NCBI GenBank assembly: GCA_051294375.1
Contig: CM119269.1
Coordinates: 22,307,808 to 22,371,807 of the forward strand
Direction: 5' to 3'
Source of the DNA: Paraspadella gotoi
Lineage: Eukaryota > Animalia > Chaetognatha
DNA: 64,000 nucleotides
Numbering within the stretch: position 1 is the stretch's first letter; each line of letters opens with the position of its first letter. The notes beneath the pieces were generated by a model that was not told where the DNA came from, ran no database searches, and worked only from the letters and a program-made list of their open reading frames with translations. The position numbers and the translations under genes are program-made. Shown piece after piece: positions 1 to 14,403 of this stretch.

Positions 1-710
1 TGTCGTCGTTTTTGTTGTTGTTGTTATTCTTTTCTTTTGTTTTCTGTTTTTCTTTTGGCGTTGAAAAGTAATTTTCTTTCGGCGGCGATTTGGTCGTCGT
101 CGTCGCCGTCGCCGTCGTCTTCTTATTCGTCGTTATCGTCGTCGTCGTCGTCTTCGTAATCCAAGGTGAGGTCGACAGACGGAAAGGAATTATTAATTTC
201 CTCACCTTCTGTTCCTCAGATCTCGATTCTCACGGAGAAAAAAATCGGGAAAGAGAAGTGAAGGATTTTTTAGAGAGGTAATAGAGAGGAAAAGGACTCG
301 TGGTGAGTATTGACTCATTAGATAGGTAAAGGGGGTAAAAAAGGAGTGATGAGAGAGGTTAGAGATAGGTAAAGAGCTGTAGATAGGCTGAGGAGAAAAA
401 GACTTACCTAAAAGATACGCAAAAGAGAAGAAAATAATAGACAGTGAATCATAAATAAATGATACGTATAAAGACTTTCTGAAATTGACTTAAAACAAAA
501 TCAATAATATTACATTGAGGAAAACAATTATTGGCTTCATACAAACGTCAGCAGATGGTCAATGTTGGGTTAAACATTTGTCATCAGGAGACAAATATAT
601 CTCTGACATCGGGACGGAAACAACATATAATGTTATGATGTTTTGGTAAAACATAAGGATGTGTCTATTATACATTTTTTGAAATGTTATGCCAATTCAT
701 TTATATGGAA

Positions 711-858
711 GCCAGGTAGTCTGGGAGTGAATAAACTTTACTGTGAGAGAGTCTTGATTGAAAACTTTCAGTGACCTGCTATGTCATTATCTTGTAAGAG
801 TGATGGAGGCCTTAAACCACCAAAGGCTTGCCAAAGTCAGGGACAAGATAGCTTATTT
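711..858 (+). repeat. ~150-bp dispersed repeat family, copy 1
   Basis: gccaggt..ctgggagtgaataaac..ctgtgagagagtcttgattgaaa...gatggaggccttaaaccaccaaag...caagatagcttatt. Other copies at 9497-9643(-), 14900-15050(+), 19809-19922(-), 22778-22938(+), 39704-39748(-) and 63058-63103(+). Confidence 0.85.
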
Positions 859-1055
859 ATTTAATGAATGGATAAATTTTACTTAGGTTGAAACAATTGG
901 TGAAACAATAGGATGTGTCTATTATATTAGGGTTTTTGTCTTTTCTTTTATTTTATTTGTTTATCTTTTGTTTTTCCATCTTTCGTCAGTTTCTTTGTCT
1001 TTTGTTTGTGGTGTTTAAATTCCAGTCAAAAGTCACCTCCCCCGGGGATATATAT

Positions 1056-1088
<33 letters not shown>

Positions 1089-2167
1089 NNNNNNNNNNNN
1101 NNNNNNNNNNNNNNNNNNNNNNNNNNNNNNNNNNNNNNNNNNNNNNNNNNNNNNNNNNNNNNNNNNNNNNNNNNNNNNNNNNNNNNNNNNNNNNNNNNNN
1201 NNNNNNNNNNNNNNNNNNNNNNNNNNNNNNNNNNNNNNNNNNNNNNNNNNNNNNNNNNNNNNNNNNNNNNNNNNNNNNNNNNNNNNNNNNNNNNNNNNNN
1301 NNNNNNNNNNNNNNNNNNNNNNNNNNNNNNNNNNNNNNNNNNNNNNNNNNNNNNNNNNNNNNNNNNNNNNNNNNNNNNNNNNNNNNNNNNNNNNNNNNNN
1401 NNNNNNNNNNNNNNNNNNNNNNNNNNNNNNNNNNNNNNNNNNNNNNNNNNNNNNNNNNNNNNNAGGAAAAGGCACAAGAGGCCATAAGATAAAGGCACAA
1501 GAGACCAAAAGGAATGACGGGGATTTTGCTAAAAATCCTTTCCACCAAAAAATCTNNNNNNNNNNNNNNNNNNNNNNNNNNNNNNNNNNNNNNNNNNNNN
1601 NNNNNNNNNNNNNNNNNNNNNNNNNNNNNNNNNNNNNNNNNNNNNNNNNNNNNNNNNNNNNNNNNNNNNNNNNNNNNNNNNNNNNNNNNNNNNNNNNNNN
1701 NNNNGGGGGAAAGATATATTTCTCTCTTCCTGTGTGAACAAACTTTACTTGATAAAGATTTATGAATGTGACAACATCACATTAAATCAAGTCGCATTTC
1801 TTTTCTATTTTTACCTCTCTATTTCTCTTCTTCCTATCTTCCTTCTTCCTTCTCTCTCAATTCTCTCTCCATTTCTTCCCCCACAATTTTCTTCTTTACT
1901 TTGAATTCTTCTTTTTTTTTCTCAAATATTTTGTTCTTTTGTTTCAAGAATTTTTTTTCGATGACTGAGAGACAAATGGGTTCTTCACCGCGAACATCGT
2001 CGTCGTCGTCGTCGTCGTCATCTTCTTCGTCATCATCGTCGTCATCATCGTCGTCAGCTTCGTCATCAGCTTCGTCGTCGTCGTCGTATCGATTGAATGT
2101 TTTTTTTCGCAAAAAAAGAAGAATTTTGTCTTTTTTTCATCGGACGCTCGTTTCTTGCTCTACTATT

Positions 2168-2230
<63 letters not shown>

Positions 2231-2453
2231 CATATACGTGATTTTTGACGAGTAATCAAGAAAGACCTTTTTTTCGCAAATCCCCCTGAGAACGAAACGA
2301 GTAGAGATTTTTTAGAAGTTAGATATTTTTTCTTGACTAAAAGCAGAGAACAGGGCTATTTTAATTAACTTTGTTGCTTAAACAATTAAAATATTTCGCC
2401 AGTTTTTATTTTTAGTCAGTAATGAATAAGATGAAGAAAGAAAGATAATAGAA

Positions 2454-2545
<92 letters not shown>

Positions 2546-2666
2546 GAGAAAGAAAGAAAGGAAAGAAAGGAAAGAAAAAGAATGAAAAAGAAAAGAAAGA
2601 ATTCCTTTGGTTTCTCGACCTGAAATAAGATGTTAAACACGACGAAGCTCGTTAGTGGATTTTCAC

Positions 2667-2719
<53 letters not shown>

Positions 2720-4211
2720 ACTCTCCTGTTTGTGTTTGCCCAAGTTCTGATTGTTGTTACCGATTTGTTACTCTTTTATCACAATGGAATAAGATTCCTG
2801 TTTTCAGTTCCTCCTCTTTTCTTTTCTCATTCTCTTACCTTTCTATATTTAGCACTTCTCTCCTCCTTCCCATTTATACCTATCTAATTCNNNNNNNNNN
2901 NNNNNNNNNNNNNNNTAAACTGAAAATTGGGGCAATTTTGAAAAATATGGCCGGGGAAAGAAGATGAGGTGGATAAGGGGGAGGATAGGGGCAAAGGGAG
3001 GTGGTAGGTATGATAGGGGGGAAGGTGGTGGACAGGGAAGATAGCGGGGAAAGGGAGGGTGGAAGGTAGATAGGGGGAATCGGGGTGGAGGGGAAATAGG
3101 GGGAAAGGGAGGTGGAGGGTAGGATAGGGGGCAATGCGGGGGTGGAAGGGGAGGTTGAGGGGGAAAGGGAAGGTGGAAGGTAGGATCAGGGGGAATAGGG
3201 GGTGGAAAGGGAAGATAGGGGGAGAAGGGGAGGTCGGACGAGGGTCTAGGATAGGGGGAAAATGGGGGTGAGAGGATAGATGAGATGTTAGTATCGGGAT
3301 TCTGGCGGGAGTCAAAGGTGCAAGAAAGGAGAGAGGAATCTGATCTTTGGAGGAAAAAAGTAAGTTTTGAGAAATTTGGGAGGAATTTAAGAGAGAGACG
3401 GAGAGTAGAGAGAGAGAGAGAGAGAGAGAGAGAAGGAGAGAGAGAGAGAGAGAGAGCAGAAGTAAAATATAATATTTAATAGAGAGAGCAATTAGATAGG
3501 TATAAAATGGGAAGGGAGGTGAAAAGGCTGCTAATATAGCGAAGGTAAAGAGAATGAGAAAGAGAAAGAGAGGAACTGTAAACAGGAATCTTATTCCATT
3601 TGTGATAAAGAGTAACAAATCGGTAAACAACAATCAGATTTAAATTCCAAATGACGTTAGTTTTTAAATTTAAAGATTAGGTCAGGTATTAAAGATTTAT
3701 TAGGAATTTGTTTAGGGATTTTCTTTAAGATTTGATTAGGGATTAGCATTAGGACGAGAGATTAAGCTTAAGAGATTAGATTATGGATTTGTATTCGGGA
3801 TCAGGGTTAAAGATTAGAAACAGAAATCGGCCGCCTTCAGAAAACAGTACCTGTTTCGAACAGCAAAATTATTTGTCTCAATTTATTTCCTCTTGTTTAC
3901 ATTTATTTTCGATGTTTGTTTACTTTTTTTAAACAAAGTTCGACCTTTTTGACTTTTTTTAGAGTCGAATCACTTGGATTCCAGATTCGCGGGGGTGAAG
4001 AAGAAAAAGGGGAGATAAGCGATACGTAGATGGATGTGAGTCTGTGAGTCTGTGAGAGAGGTTTGGTTTGGTTCTTAGGAAAATGAAAAGGCATTCCGTG
4101 CGTCCGTCCGTGCGTCCGTCCGTCCGTCATTTCAACTTAACACTCGAGATACGGACACTTGATTTATGTAGAAATTTTCTTTTCTTTGGAATGAAATGGG
4201 GGCATTCACTT

Positions 4212-4245
<34 letters not shown>

Positions 4246-4323
4246 NNNNNNNNNNNNNNNNNNNNNNNNNGAGAGAGGAGGAGAGAAGAGAGAGGTAGGA
4301 GAGAGAGAGAGAGGAGAGAGAGA

Positions 4324-4614
4324 GACGAAATAGAAGGAAAGATAAAACTGTTCGGTAGGAAATAACTTTAAAGTTTCTCGGTTAAACTGAAGTGAACATA
4401 ATGAGATCGGAATTACAACGAGATCTGATACAGAGAGTCGATACAACGAGATCGTTTCAACGAAAACGGTTTAAACCGCGAACCTTAACATTAAAACAAT
4501 GATCTTAAATACATAAAATCTCTAAATTTTTTTCAAAATGAGGAAGCCTAAAAAATTAAGATAACAAAAGGAAAGAAGAGGAGGCGAGAGAGAGAGGGAG
4601 AGAGAGGAGAGAGA

Positions 4615-4653
<39 letters not shown>

Positions 4654-4827
4654 AAAGGAGAAGAGAGTGAGAGAAAGAGACAGTGAGAGAGAGAGAGTGA
4701 GTGAGAGAGAAGAGAGAGAGAGGAGAGAGAAAAGAGAGAAAGAGGAGAGACAGACAGAGAGAGAGAGAAAGAGAAGAGAGATAGAGAGACAGAAGACAAG
4801 AGAAGGAAGAGAGAGAGGAGAGAGAGA

Positions 4828-4892
<65 letters not shown>

Positions 4893-5420
4893 GAATAGAA
4901 GGAAAAGATAAACAGCTGTTCGGTAGGACTCTTTAAAGTTTCTCGGTTAAAACTGAAGTAAACATAATGAGATCGGATACAACGAGATCTGATACAGAGA
5001 GATCGGATACAACGAGATCGGTTTCAACGAAAACGGTTAAACCGAACTTACATTAAACAATGATTCTTAAATGACATAAAATCTCTAATTTTTTTTTCTA
5101 TGAGAAGCCTAAAAAATTAAAGATACAAAGAAAAAGAGAGGCAGAGAGAGAGAGAGAGGAGAAGGAGAGAGAGAGAGAGAGACGAATAGAAGGAAAAGAT
5201 AAACAGCTGTTCGGTAGGACTCTTTAAAGTTTCTCGTTAAAACTGAAGTAACATAATGAGATCGGATACAACGAGATCTGATACAGAGAGATCGGATACA
5301 ACGAGATCGTTTCAACGAAAACGGTTTAAACCGAACTAACATTAAACAATGATTCTTAAATGACATAAAATCTCTAATTTTTTTCTATGAGAAGCCTAAA
5401 AAATTAAGATAACAAAGAAA
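4324..5420 (+). repeat. Three direct copies of a ~240-bp unit separated by (GA)n
   Basis: gacgaatagaaggaaaagataaacagctgttcggtagg...gaagcctaaaaaattaagataacaa occurs at ~4324, ~4890 and ~5181. The copies differ by small indels. Confidence 0.85.
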
Positions 5421-5448
5421 AAGAGAGCAGAGAGAGAGAGGGAGAGAG

Positions 5449-5498
<50 letters not shown>

Positions 5499-5506
5499 GA
5501 GAGAAT

Positions 5507-5550
<44 letters not shown>

Positions 5551-5584
5551 AAGGACAGTGAGAGAGAGAGAGTGAGTGAGAGAG

Positions 5585-5619
<35 letters not shown>

Positions 5620-5800
5620 AAAGAGAGAAAAGAGAGAGAGAGAGAGACAGACAGAGAGAGAGAGAAGAGACAGAGAGATAGAGAGACAGACAGACAGACA
5701 GAAGAGAGAGAGGAGAGAGAAGAGAGAGAGAGAGATGAGAGAGAGTGAGTGAGTGAGAGAGAGAGAGAGAGACAGACAGAGAAGAGAGAAAGACCAAGAG

Positions 5801-5856
<56 letters not shown>

Positions 5857-6057
5857 GAGAGAGAGAGAGAGAGACAGAAGACGAGAAGAGAGAAGAGACA
5901 AAGAGAGAGACAGACAGACAGAGAGGAGAGAGAGAGGAGAGAGAGAGAGAGAGACGAGAGGAGAGGAGAAAGAAGACAGAGAGACGAGAGAGAGAGANNN
6001 NNNNNNNNNNNNNNNNNNNNNNTCCAAAAATTAAAGATAACAAAGAAAAGAGAGGAC

Positions 6058-6088
<31 letters not shown>

Positions 6089-6133
6089 AAGAGAAGAGAG
6101 AGAGAGAGAGAGAGAGAGATGAGAGAGAATGAG

Positions 6134-6166
<33 letters not shown>

Positions 6167-7841
6167 GAGAGAGAAAGTGAATGCCCCCGATTTCATTCAA
6201 GAAAAGAAAATTCAACATAAATCAAGTGTCCGTATCTCGAGTGTTAAGTTTGAAATGACGACGAAACGGCGGAGACGACGGACGGACGCACGGATGCCTT
6301 TTCATTTTCCTAAGAAACCAAACCAAACCTCTCTCACAGACTCACAGACTCCACATCCATCTAACGTATCGCTTATCTCCCCTTTTTCTTCTTCACCCCG
6401 CGAATCTCTGGGAATCCAAGGTGTTCGACGCTAAAAAAAGTCAAAAAGGTCGAACTTTGTTTAAAAAAAAAGTAAACAAACATCCGAAAATAAATGTAAA
6501 ACAAGAGGAAATAAATTGAGACAAATAATTTTGCTGTTCGAAACAGGTACTGTTTCTGAAGGCGGCGCGATTTCTGTTTCTAATCTTTAACCCTGATCCC
6601 GATACAATCCATAATCTATCTCTTAAGCTTAATCTCTCGTCCTAATGCTAATCCCTAATCCAATCTTAAAGAAAATCCCTAAACAAATTCCTAATTAAAT
6701 TCTAATACCTGACCTAATCTTTAAATTTAAAAAACTTAACGTCATTTCTGGAATTTTAAACTGAAATGGGGCCATTTTGGAAAATATGGCCGGGGAAAGA
6801 AGATGAGGTGGATAAGGGGAGGATAGGGCAAAGGGGGTGGTAGGTAGGATAGGGGGAAAGGGGGTGGGAAGGGAAGATAGGGGAAGGGAGGGTGGAAGGT
6901 AGGATAGGGGAATCGGGGTGGAAGGGAAGGTTAGGGGGAAAGGGTCTGAGAGGATAGATGAATGTTAGTTCGGATATGCTGCGGGAGTCAAAGTGCAGAA
7001 AGGATGAAGAAGGATCTGATCTTTGAAGAAAAAAAGTAAGTTGAGAAATTGGGAGGAATTTAAGAGAGAGAAAGAGAAGGAGAGAGAGAGAGAGAGAGAG
7101 GAGATGAGAGAGAGAGAGAGAGGAAGATAAAATATATATTTAATAGAGAGGAGAATTAGATAGGTATAAATGGGAAGGAGGAAGAAAGGTGCTAAATATA
7201 GAAAGGTAAGAGATGAGGGAAAGAAAAGAGAGGAACTGTAAACAGGAATCTTATTCCATTGTGATAAAGAGTAACAAATCGGTAACAAACAATCAGAACT
7301 TGGGCAAACACCAACAGGAGAGTGAGAAAAGAGAGAAGGGAAGAGAGAGAGAGAGAGAAGGGAGAGAGAGAGGAGAGAGAGAGAGACGAGAGACGAGAGT
7401 TAGGTGAAATCCACTTAACGAAGCTTCGTCGTTGTTTAACATCTATTATCAGGTCGAGAAACAAAGGGGAATTCTTTTTTCTTTTCATTCTTTTCTTCCT
7501 TTCCTTCCTTTCTCTTTCTTTCTTTCTTTCTTTTCTTTCTTTCTTTCTTCTTCTTTCTTTTCTTTTCTTTCTTTCTTTCTTTCTTTTCTTCTCTTTTCTA
7601 TTATCTTTCTTCTTCATCTTATTCATTACTTGACTTAAAAATTAATAAAAACTGGCGAATATATTTTTAATTGTTTTAAGCAACAAAGTTTAATTTAAAA
7701 TAGCCCTGTTCTCTGCTTTTAGTCATAGGAAAAAATATCATAACTTTCTAGAAAAACTCTACTCGTTTGTCTCAGGGGGATTTGCGAAAAAAAAGGTCTT
7801 TCTTGATTACTCGTCAAAATCACGTATAATGGCGAGAGAGA

Positions 7842-7883
<42 letters not shown>

Positions 7884-8605
7884 GAGAGAGAGAGATGAGA
7901 GAAAAGAAGAGAGAGATGACGAGAGAGAGAGAGTTGAAAATAGTAGAGCAAAGAAAACGAGGTCCGATGAAAAAAAGACAAAATTATCTTCTTTTTTTGC
8001 GCGAAAAAAAAAAACATTCAATCTATACGACGACGACGACGAAGCTTGATGACGAAGCTGGACGACGATGATGACGACGATGATGACGAAGAAGATTGAC
8101 GACGACGACGACGACGACGAACGATGTTCGCGTGAAGAAAACCCATTTGTCTCTCAGTTATCGAAAAAAAATTCTTGAAACAAAAGAACAAATATTTGAG
8201 AAAAAAAAGAAGAATTTCAAAGTAAAGAAAGAAAATTGTGGGGGAAGAAATGGAGAGAGAATTGAGGAGAAAGGAAGAAGGAGATAGGAAGAAGAGAATA
8301 GAGAGTAAAAATAGAAAAGAAATGCGACTTGATTTAATGTGATGTTGTTCACATTTCAAAGTAAAGTTTGTTCACACAGGAGAGAGAAGAAATATATTCT
8401 TTCCCCTCTCCCCCCTTCTCTTCCTCTCCTCTTCCTCCTCCTCCTCTTTTCTGCCTCCTCCCCTCTTCCTCTCCTCTTCCTTCTCTCTTCCTTCCTCTTT
8501 CCTCCTCTCCTTCCCCCAACAAAAAAAATTCTGGGGGGGGGAAAGAATTTTTTCCTGTGAAAGATTTTTAGGTAAAGGATTTTTAGCAAAATCCCCGCTC
8601 ATTCT

Positions 8606-8875
8606 TTGGTCTTCTGTTGCCTTTATCTTATGCCTCTTTGTGCCTTTTCCTATGGCCCTTTGTGCCTTTTCCTTATGGCCTTCTTGTGGCTTATCTTTAT
8701 GGCCTCTTGTGGCCTTTATTCTTATGGCCTCTTGTGCCTTTCCTTATGGCCTCTTGTACTTTTAATTTTGGGCTTCTTGTGCCTTTTCCTTATGGCCTCC
8801 TGTGCCTTCATTATGGCCTCTTTGCCTTTTCCTTATGGCCTCTTGTGCCTCTTTTATGGCTTCTTGTGCCTTTCC
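8606..8875 (+). repeat. ~22-bp minisatellite (ggcctcttgtgccttttccttat)n
   Basis: About 12 degenerate tandem units. The reverse complement is partly visible at 1464-1505. Confidence 0.85.
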
Positions 8876-9217
8876 CCTGCTTAGTCCCTTTGCCCCCCCA
8901 GCCTGGTTGACCCCTTTTCCCTCCCGGTTACTCCTTTGACCCCCTGACAAACCCATTACTCCCCCAGATTACCCCATTGCACCTCTAACTACTTGCTAGC
9001 CTCTCATCACTCCTATGCCACGCTTGTTTTAACCCTATGCCCTCCTTTTACCCTACGCACCCTGGTAATAACCTTTACCCCCTTACCCCTTTGCCCCCCC
9101 AATGTTTTATAAATTACCCCTAGAATTTACACTAAACCCCTCGACCCCCTTGGTTTCCCCCTGACAGAAGTCGATTCTGATAGAGAGAGTGGAAAAACAT
9201 CGGAGAGAAATGAAGCA

Positions 9218-9263
<46 letters not shown>

Positions 9264-11156
9264 CTCTCTTCTCTCTCTCTTTTCTCTCTCTCTATAATAT
9301 CCCCGGGGGGAGGTGACTTTTGACTGGAATTTAAACACCACAAACAAAAGACAAAGAAACTAGACGAAAAGATGGAAAAACCAAAAGATAAACAAATAAA
9401 ATAAAAGAAAAGACAAAAACCCTAAATATAATAGACACATCCTATTGTTTCACCAATTGATCAACCTAATTAAAATTTATCCATTCATATTAAATTAATA
9501 AGCTTTCTGCTCCTCGACTTTGGAAGGCTTTGGTGGTTTAAGGCCTCCATCACTCTTACAAGATAATGAACATAGCAGGTCACTGAAAGTTTCAATCAAG
9601 ACTCTCTCACAGTAAAGTTTATTCACTCCCAGACTACCCTGGCTTTCCATATAAATGAAATTGGCATAACATTTCAAAAAATGTAAATAGACCACATCCT
9701 ATGTTTACCCAAAACATCCATAACAGTCTATATGTTGTTCTCCGATGTCAAGAGATATATTTGTTCTCCTGATTGACAAATGTTTAACCAACTTGACCAT
9801 CTGCTGACGTTTGTAATGTAGCCAATTAATTGTTTTCCTCAATGAAATATTATTGATTTGTTTAAAGTCAATTCAGAAAGTCTTTATACGTATCATTTAT
9901 TTATGATTCCACTGTCTATTATTCTCTTTTGCGTATCTTATAGGGTAAGTCTTTTTCTCCTCAGCCTAATCTAGAGCTCTTTACCTATCTTTAACCTCTC
10001 TCCATCACTCTTTTTTACCCCTTGACCTATTCTAATGATCAATACTCACCACGGAGTCCTTTCCTCTCTATTACCTCCTCTAAAACATCCTTCATTGCTC
10101 TTCCCCGTTTTTTCCCCGTGAGAATCGAGAATCTGAGGAACAGAAGGTGAGAGAATAATTAATTACCTTTCGTCTGTCGACTCACTTGGATGTACGAAAG
10201 ACGACGACGAAGGACCACGACGACGACGACGATGATGATGACGATGAAAGATCAGTGGAGAAGGAATTAAGAACGACGAACTGATGACGAAGACGGACTC
10301 GACGACGATAACAGAATAAGAAGGACGACGCACGCGACGGCGGACGACGACGACCAAATCGCCGCCGACAGAAAATTACTTTGTCGACGCCAAAAGAAAA
10401 ACAGAAAAAACAAAAGAAAAAATAAACAACAACACAAAAACAAGACCGACCGAAACAAAACCGAAAAACGAGGAAATTAAAATAATTATCGGGGAAAAAG
10501 TTAGTAATTTTCTTGAGGAGGAGGAGGAGGAAGAGGAGAGGGAGGAAGAAAGGATGAGAGAGGAAGAGGGAAGAAGGAGAAGGAGGAAAGGAGGAGGAAG
10601 AGGAAAGAGGAAGAAAGAGGAGGAGGAGGAAGAGGAGGATGAAGATGAACGAGGCAGGAGAATAGAGAGGAAGAGAAGAAGAGGAAGGCGACGAGTGAGT
10701 TTTCGATCTTTTTGATGCAACAAAAAAAAGAAAAAAAAAAGATTTTGAATACAAAAGAAAAGAAATTGTTGTACGAACATTGACCTGACTGACTGGTTGA
10801 GGAAAGGGAGGAGAAAGAGGGGAGTGTTGAATGAGAGGAGGAGGAGAGAGAAGAGGATGAGAAGAGAGACGATATGAAGAGAGAAGAGAAGTAAGAGAGA
10901 GAGAGGAGACAAGAAAGAAGTTAGAGAGAAATTAAACAGAAAGAAAGAGGGAAAAGAAAAGGGAAAAATAAGAAAAGAAAATTAAAAGAAAAAGAAAAGA
11001 AAAATAAAAGAAAGGGAAAAAAGAAAAATATAAGAAAAAGAAAAGAAAAATTAAAGAAAAAGAAAGAAAAGAAAAAAAAAAAGAAAGAAACATTTAAACG
11101 TAAAAGAAAGAAAAAGAAATAAAAGAAAGGAAAAGAAAAGAAAAGAAAAAGAAAAG

Positions 11157-11213
<57 letters not shown>

Positions 11214-11388
11214 GTAGAAAAGAAAAAAAAAGAAAAGAAAAAAAGAAAAAAGAAAAGAAATTCACCAAAGTTGAAGTCAAATCGATTTTTTTATTTCAGC
11301 CTTCAAAAATTTTGGATTCCATTTCGCGTTTTCTTTCTGGCAAATCGTTCAAACCATTCTTCTCTCTCTTCTCTCTCTTTCTCTCTCT

Positions 11389-11428
<40 letters not shown>

Positions 11429-14363
11429 CTCTCTCCTCTCTCTCTCATCTCTCTCTCTCTCTCTCTCTCTCTCCTCTCTGGGAATCGCAAAAGTTCTTAA
11501 CCTTCTCTCAAATCGACAAAAAAGAGAGGAAACATGATTTCGAACTCGTGACCTCCTCATTCCTGGATCTCAGAGCAAAGGATTTCGCAGATTCAAATAA
11601 GGATTCCTCGGTCCAGGGAGATATTCTCTCTTTCTCTCTTCTCTGGGACTTTCTATTTTGGGGCAGAGAGAGAGAGCGAGAAGGAGAGAGAGAAGAGAGA
11701 AGCATCGCAGATCTGTGGCGTCTCTCCAAACATAAGAAAAAACTGTTTATCGAGATATTTTAATGAAATTTACTCGCAAATAGAGTAGGACTGAAAAAAA
11801 ACAGGGACAGACAGCCAAGACAGACAACAACCAGCACAGGAAACAGACGGACGAATATCCACCTTTTGTAACCAAATTACAAACGTTATACTTTGAATTC
11901 ATGTTACTTTCAATATTTTTAGAATTCCTTTCTTCTTAAAACTTATAAACCTTATTGTACTGGAAATTAACTTCGGTATATGGGAGTCTTAATGAAAGCT
12001 TGCAGGTTCCTGTTATTTATTATCTTGTGAGAAGGAGAGCAATTAATCCAGTTATGTCCAAAGGACAATTTCCTCATGTCATGTAATATTAGTCTTACTT
12101 TATAATCTAATTCTAATTCTAATTTAATTCCTAATCTTCATCTCTTAATCTTAATTCAACTTTCATACTTTCTTTTCATCTAAAAACGTGTGATGAAACA
12201 AAGAGAAAATTTTTAACGATTCGTCCGTCAGGTAAAAATTACTTTGCTTTTTCTTTCTTTTTCTTTTCTTTCTTTCTTCTTTCTTTCTTTCTTTCTTTCT
12301 TTCCTTTCTTTCTTTCTTTATTTTAAAAACCTTTTGTTTTATAATATGATTTTAGGAGGAGAGAGAGAGAGAGAGAGAGAGAGACGTTTCCCTTGTCTTC
12401 GTGTTGTTCTTTTCCCGAAGTATTTTTTTTTTATGGAAATTCTGTCCACTCTCTATCCTTCCATCGGTCTCTCTCTCTCATCTCCTCTCTCTCTCTCTCT
12501 TCTCTCTCTCTCTTCTCTCTACCTCCCTCTCCCCACTCTGTCTCTGTCTCTCTCATCCTGTTTACTTTTCAATTGTTTACTCCTCCGTTTGTGACTCTTG
12601 TTGCTCATTGGAGAGAAAATTCCTACCCTTATTGATTCTCCCTCCGAGATTCCGCTTCGGGGTTTTTTCGGCAACTGTTACTCAAAAGCGGCACCATTTT
12701 TAGGTTTATATTTAATTTTACTTTAATATAAAGGTTTAAAAAAAAGTAAATATTATGATTTAAAGATAAGTGTTAAGGTTATGGTCAGGGGATTAGGGTT
12801 AAATATTGGGATTAGAAATAAAAGATTAAAAATTTAATAAAAAGTTTAGTATATATTTTAACTATGTTATTTCCTGTTAGAGATAGATGGCTTTTACCTA
12901 TCTTAAGCTTCTCAATTATAGAAAAATATTTTATTTTAATGATTATTTTTAAAAAATATATAAAATCTTTTTTAAAAAAACCAAATTGGGACGCTTTCGG
13001 GAAATTATAGTGCCTATTATCCCACTTTTTCTTTCCATTTCTCTTTCCTTATTCTTTCTCATTCTGCTGATTAAACTTTTGCCTTTTCATTTGGGACATT
13101 TCTTTTGCAACAATTTTGTGCCGAAAGGCCTGCTGGCTTTAAAAAGATTGGTTTGGGTCTTTTTTTATTTCTTTTTTCTTTCTTTCTTTTCTTTCTCCCT
13201 TTCCTTTTCCGATAAAACTTTACCTTTCAGCCTGCGTGCGGTTTCCCTGCCTTTTCTACCCTTTCTCTGCGTTTTGTCGCGTTACGCCGCCCGCGACCGC
13301 GACCGTCGGACGACGACGAAGAAAAAAGATTGATGACTACGAAGATAAACAAAGAGGACGACGGACAACGACGACTACGACCGATGACAAACGACGTCCA
13401 GCGATCGATTTTCGGAAGGCTTAAGGCCTTAATTTGCAATTATTTTTTTGGGAGAAAAAAGTCAAAATCCTGGCGGAAAATGTTTTTGGGGCCACATTAA
13501 GTTCCTCTTTGAATCGAAAAAAAAATATCTTAACATATCTCCCAAAAGATGTTATAAACAATGTTAAAAAAGAATTTAGGTCCGAAATAGTAAGTTTCAA
13601 CAAGCTCATTGATGGTAAGTCGTTGCTTAGGAACGCGACAGAGCGGAAACTGAGGGCCAAAGATGAGGAAAAGACACGGGCGTTATCTATGGGAGAGAGG
13701 AAGAGCAAGAAAAAGACCGGCCCACGGCGAGAGGTGTTGGAACTGAGTTTTGGGTAAGGAATTCTCTTTTTTTTTTTGGGTCAGGGAAATTTGAGAGTCA
13801 TGGATCGGTGTAAGGGGGTGAAGGAGAGGGGTGAGAGGGGAGAGAGGGAGGAAGAGGAGGGAGGAGGGAGGAGAGGAGGAAGAGGAGGGATAATAGGAAG
13901 GAAAAGGATTATTAAGAATGGAGGAGAAAAAATTCCATCAGGAAGAAGAGTGAGAGAGAGAGAGAGAGAAGAGAGAGAAGAGAGAGGGGAGGGAGGGAGA
14001 TGATAGAGGAGGAGAAGAGTGAGAGAATAGCATGAGGACAGGTAAGGTCAGGCAACCACTTGAATTGGAACTGTTTCTTTACTGTTTTTCGGTCTCAGAC
14101 GATGGCACCTGAATTCGATAGTTTATGCAGGTCGGCTGCGTCGAGAGATGAGTTCAAAAGTTCAGTTCAGTGACATGTATTAATAACATAGTTGACAGTT
14201 GTTGAAGTTATTTACGACGATTTTAGCCATATGCTCTCTGGATATGCTGTACTAAATGTTAATGTATCGAACTGAGATGGTTCCTGTATCCTTTTCTCGC
14301 TTTAATTTAAAAAAATTAAACTATCTTTTGTTTCATCGTTTTTCAGAGAGTATCTCCTCCCTT

Positions 14364-14403
<40 letters not shown>

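Larger units (their letters stand above)
1..10440. repeat. Large inverted duplication (arms ~1-4245 and ~6170-10440), probably an assembly or fold-back artefact
   Basis: 1-100 is the reverse complement of ~10345-10440. Likewise 700-1060 matches 9290-9650, 1730-2890 matches 7130-8400 and 3640-4245 matches 6170-6760. Differences are mostly 1-nt indels. Segment 2916-3636 is in direct orientation with 6760-7300, next to an N gap. Confidence 0.9.

Noticed and set aside
915-1765. Long ORFs containing X runs
   Set aside because: They are open only because of N gaps.
5385-6218. SL/ER-repeat ORFs
   Set aside because: (GA)n microsatellite translations.
13434-13757. 107-aa ORF ending near a GT donor upstream of cadherin A
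   Set aside because: No ATG start or recognisable motif. It may be a 5'UTR exon but is unsupported as coding.
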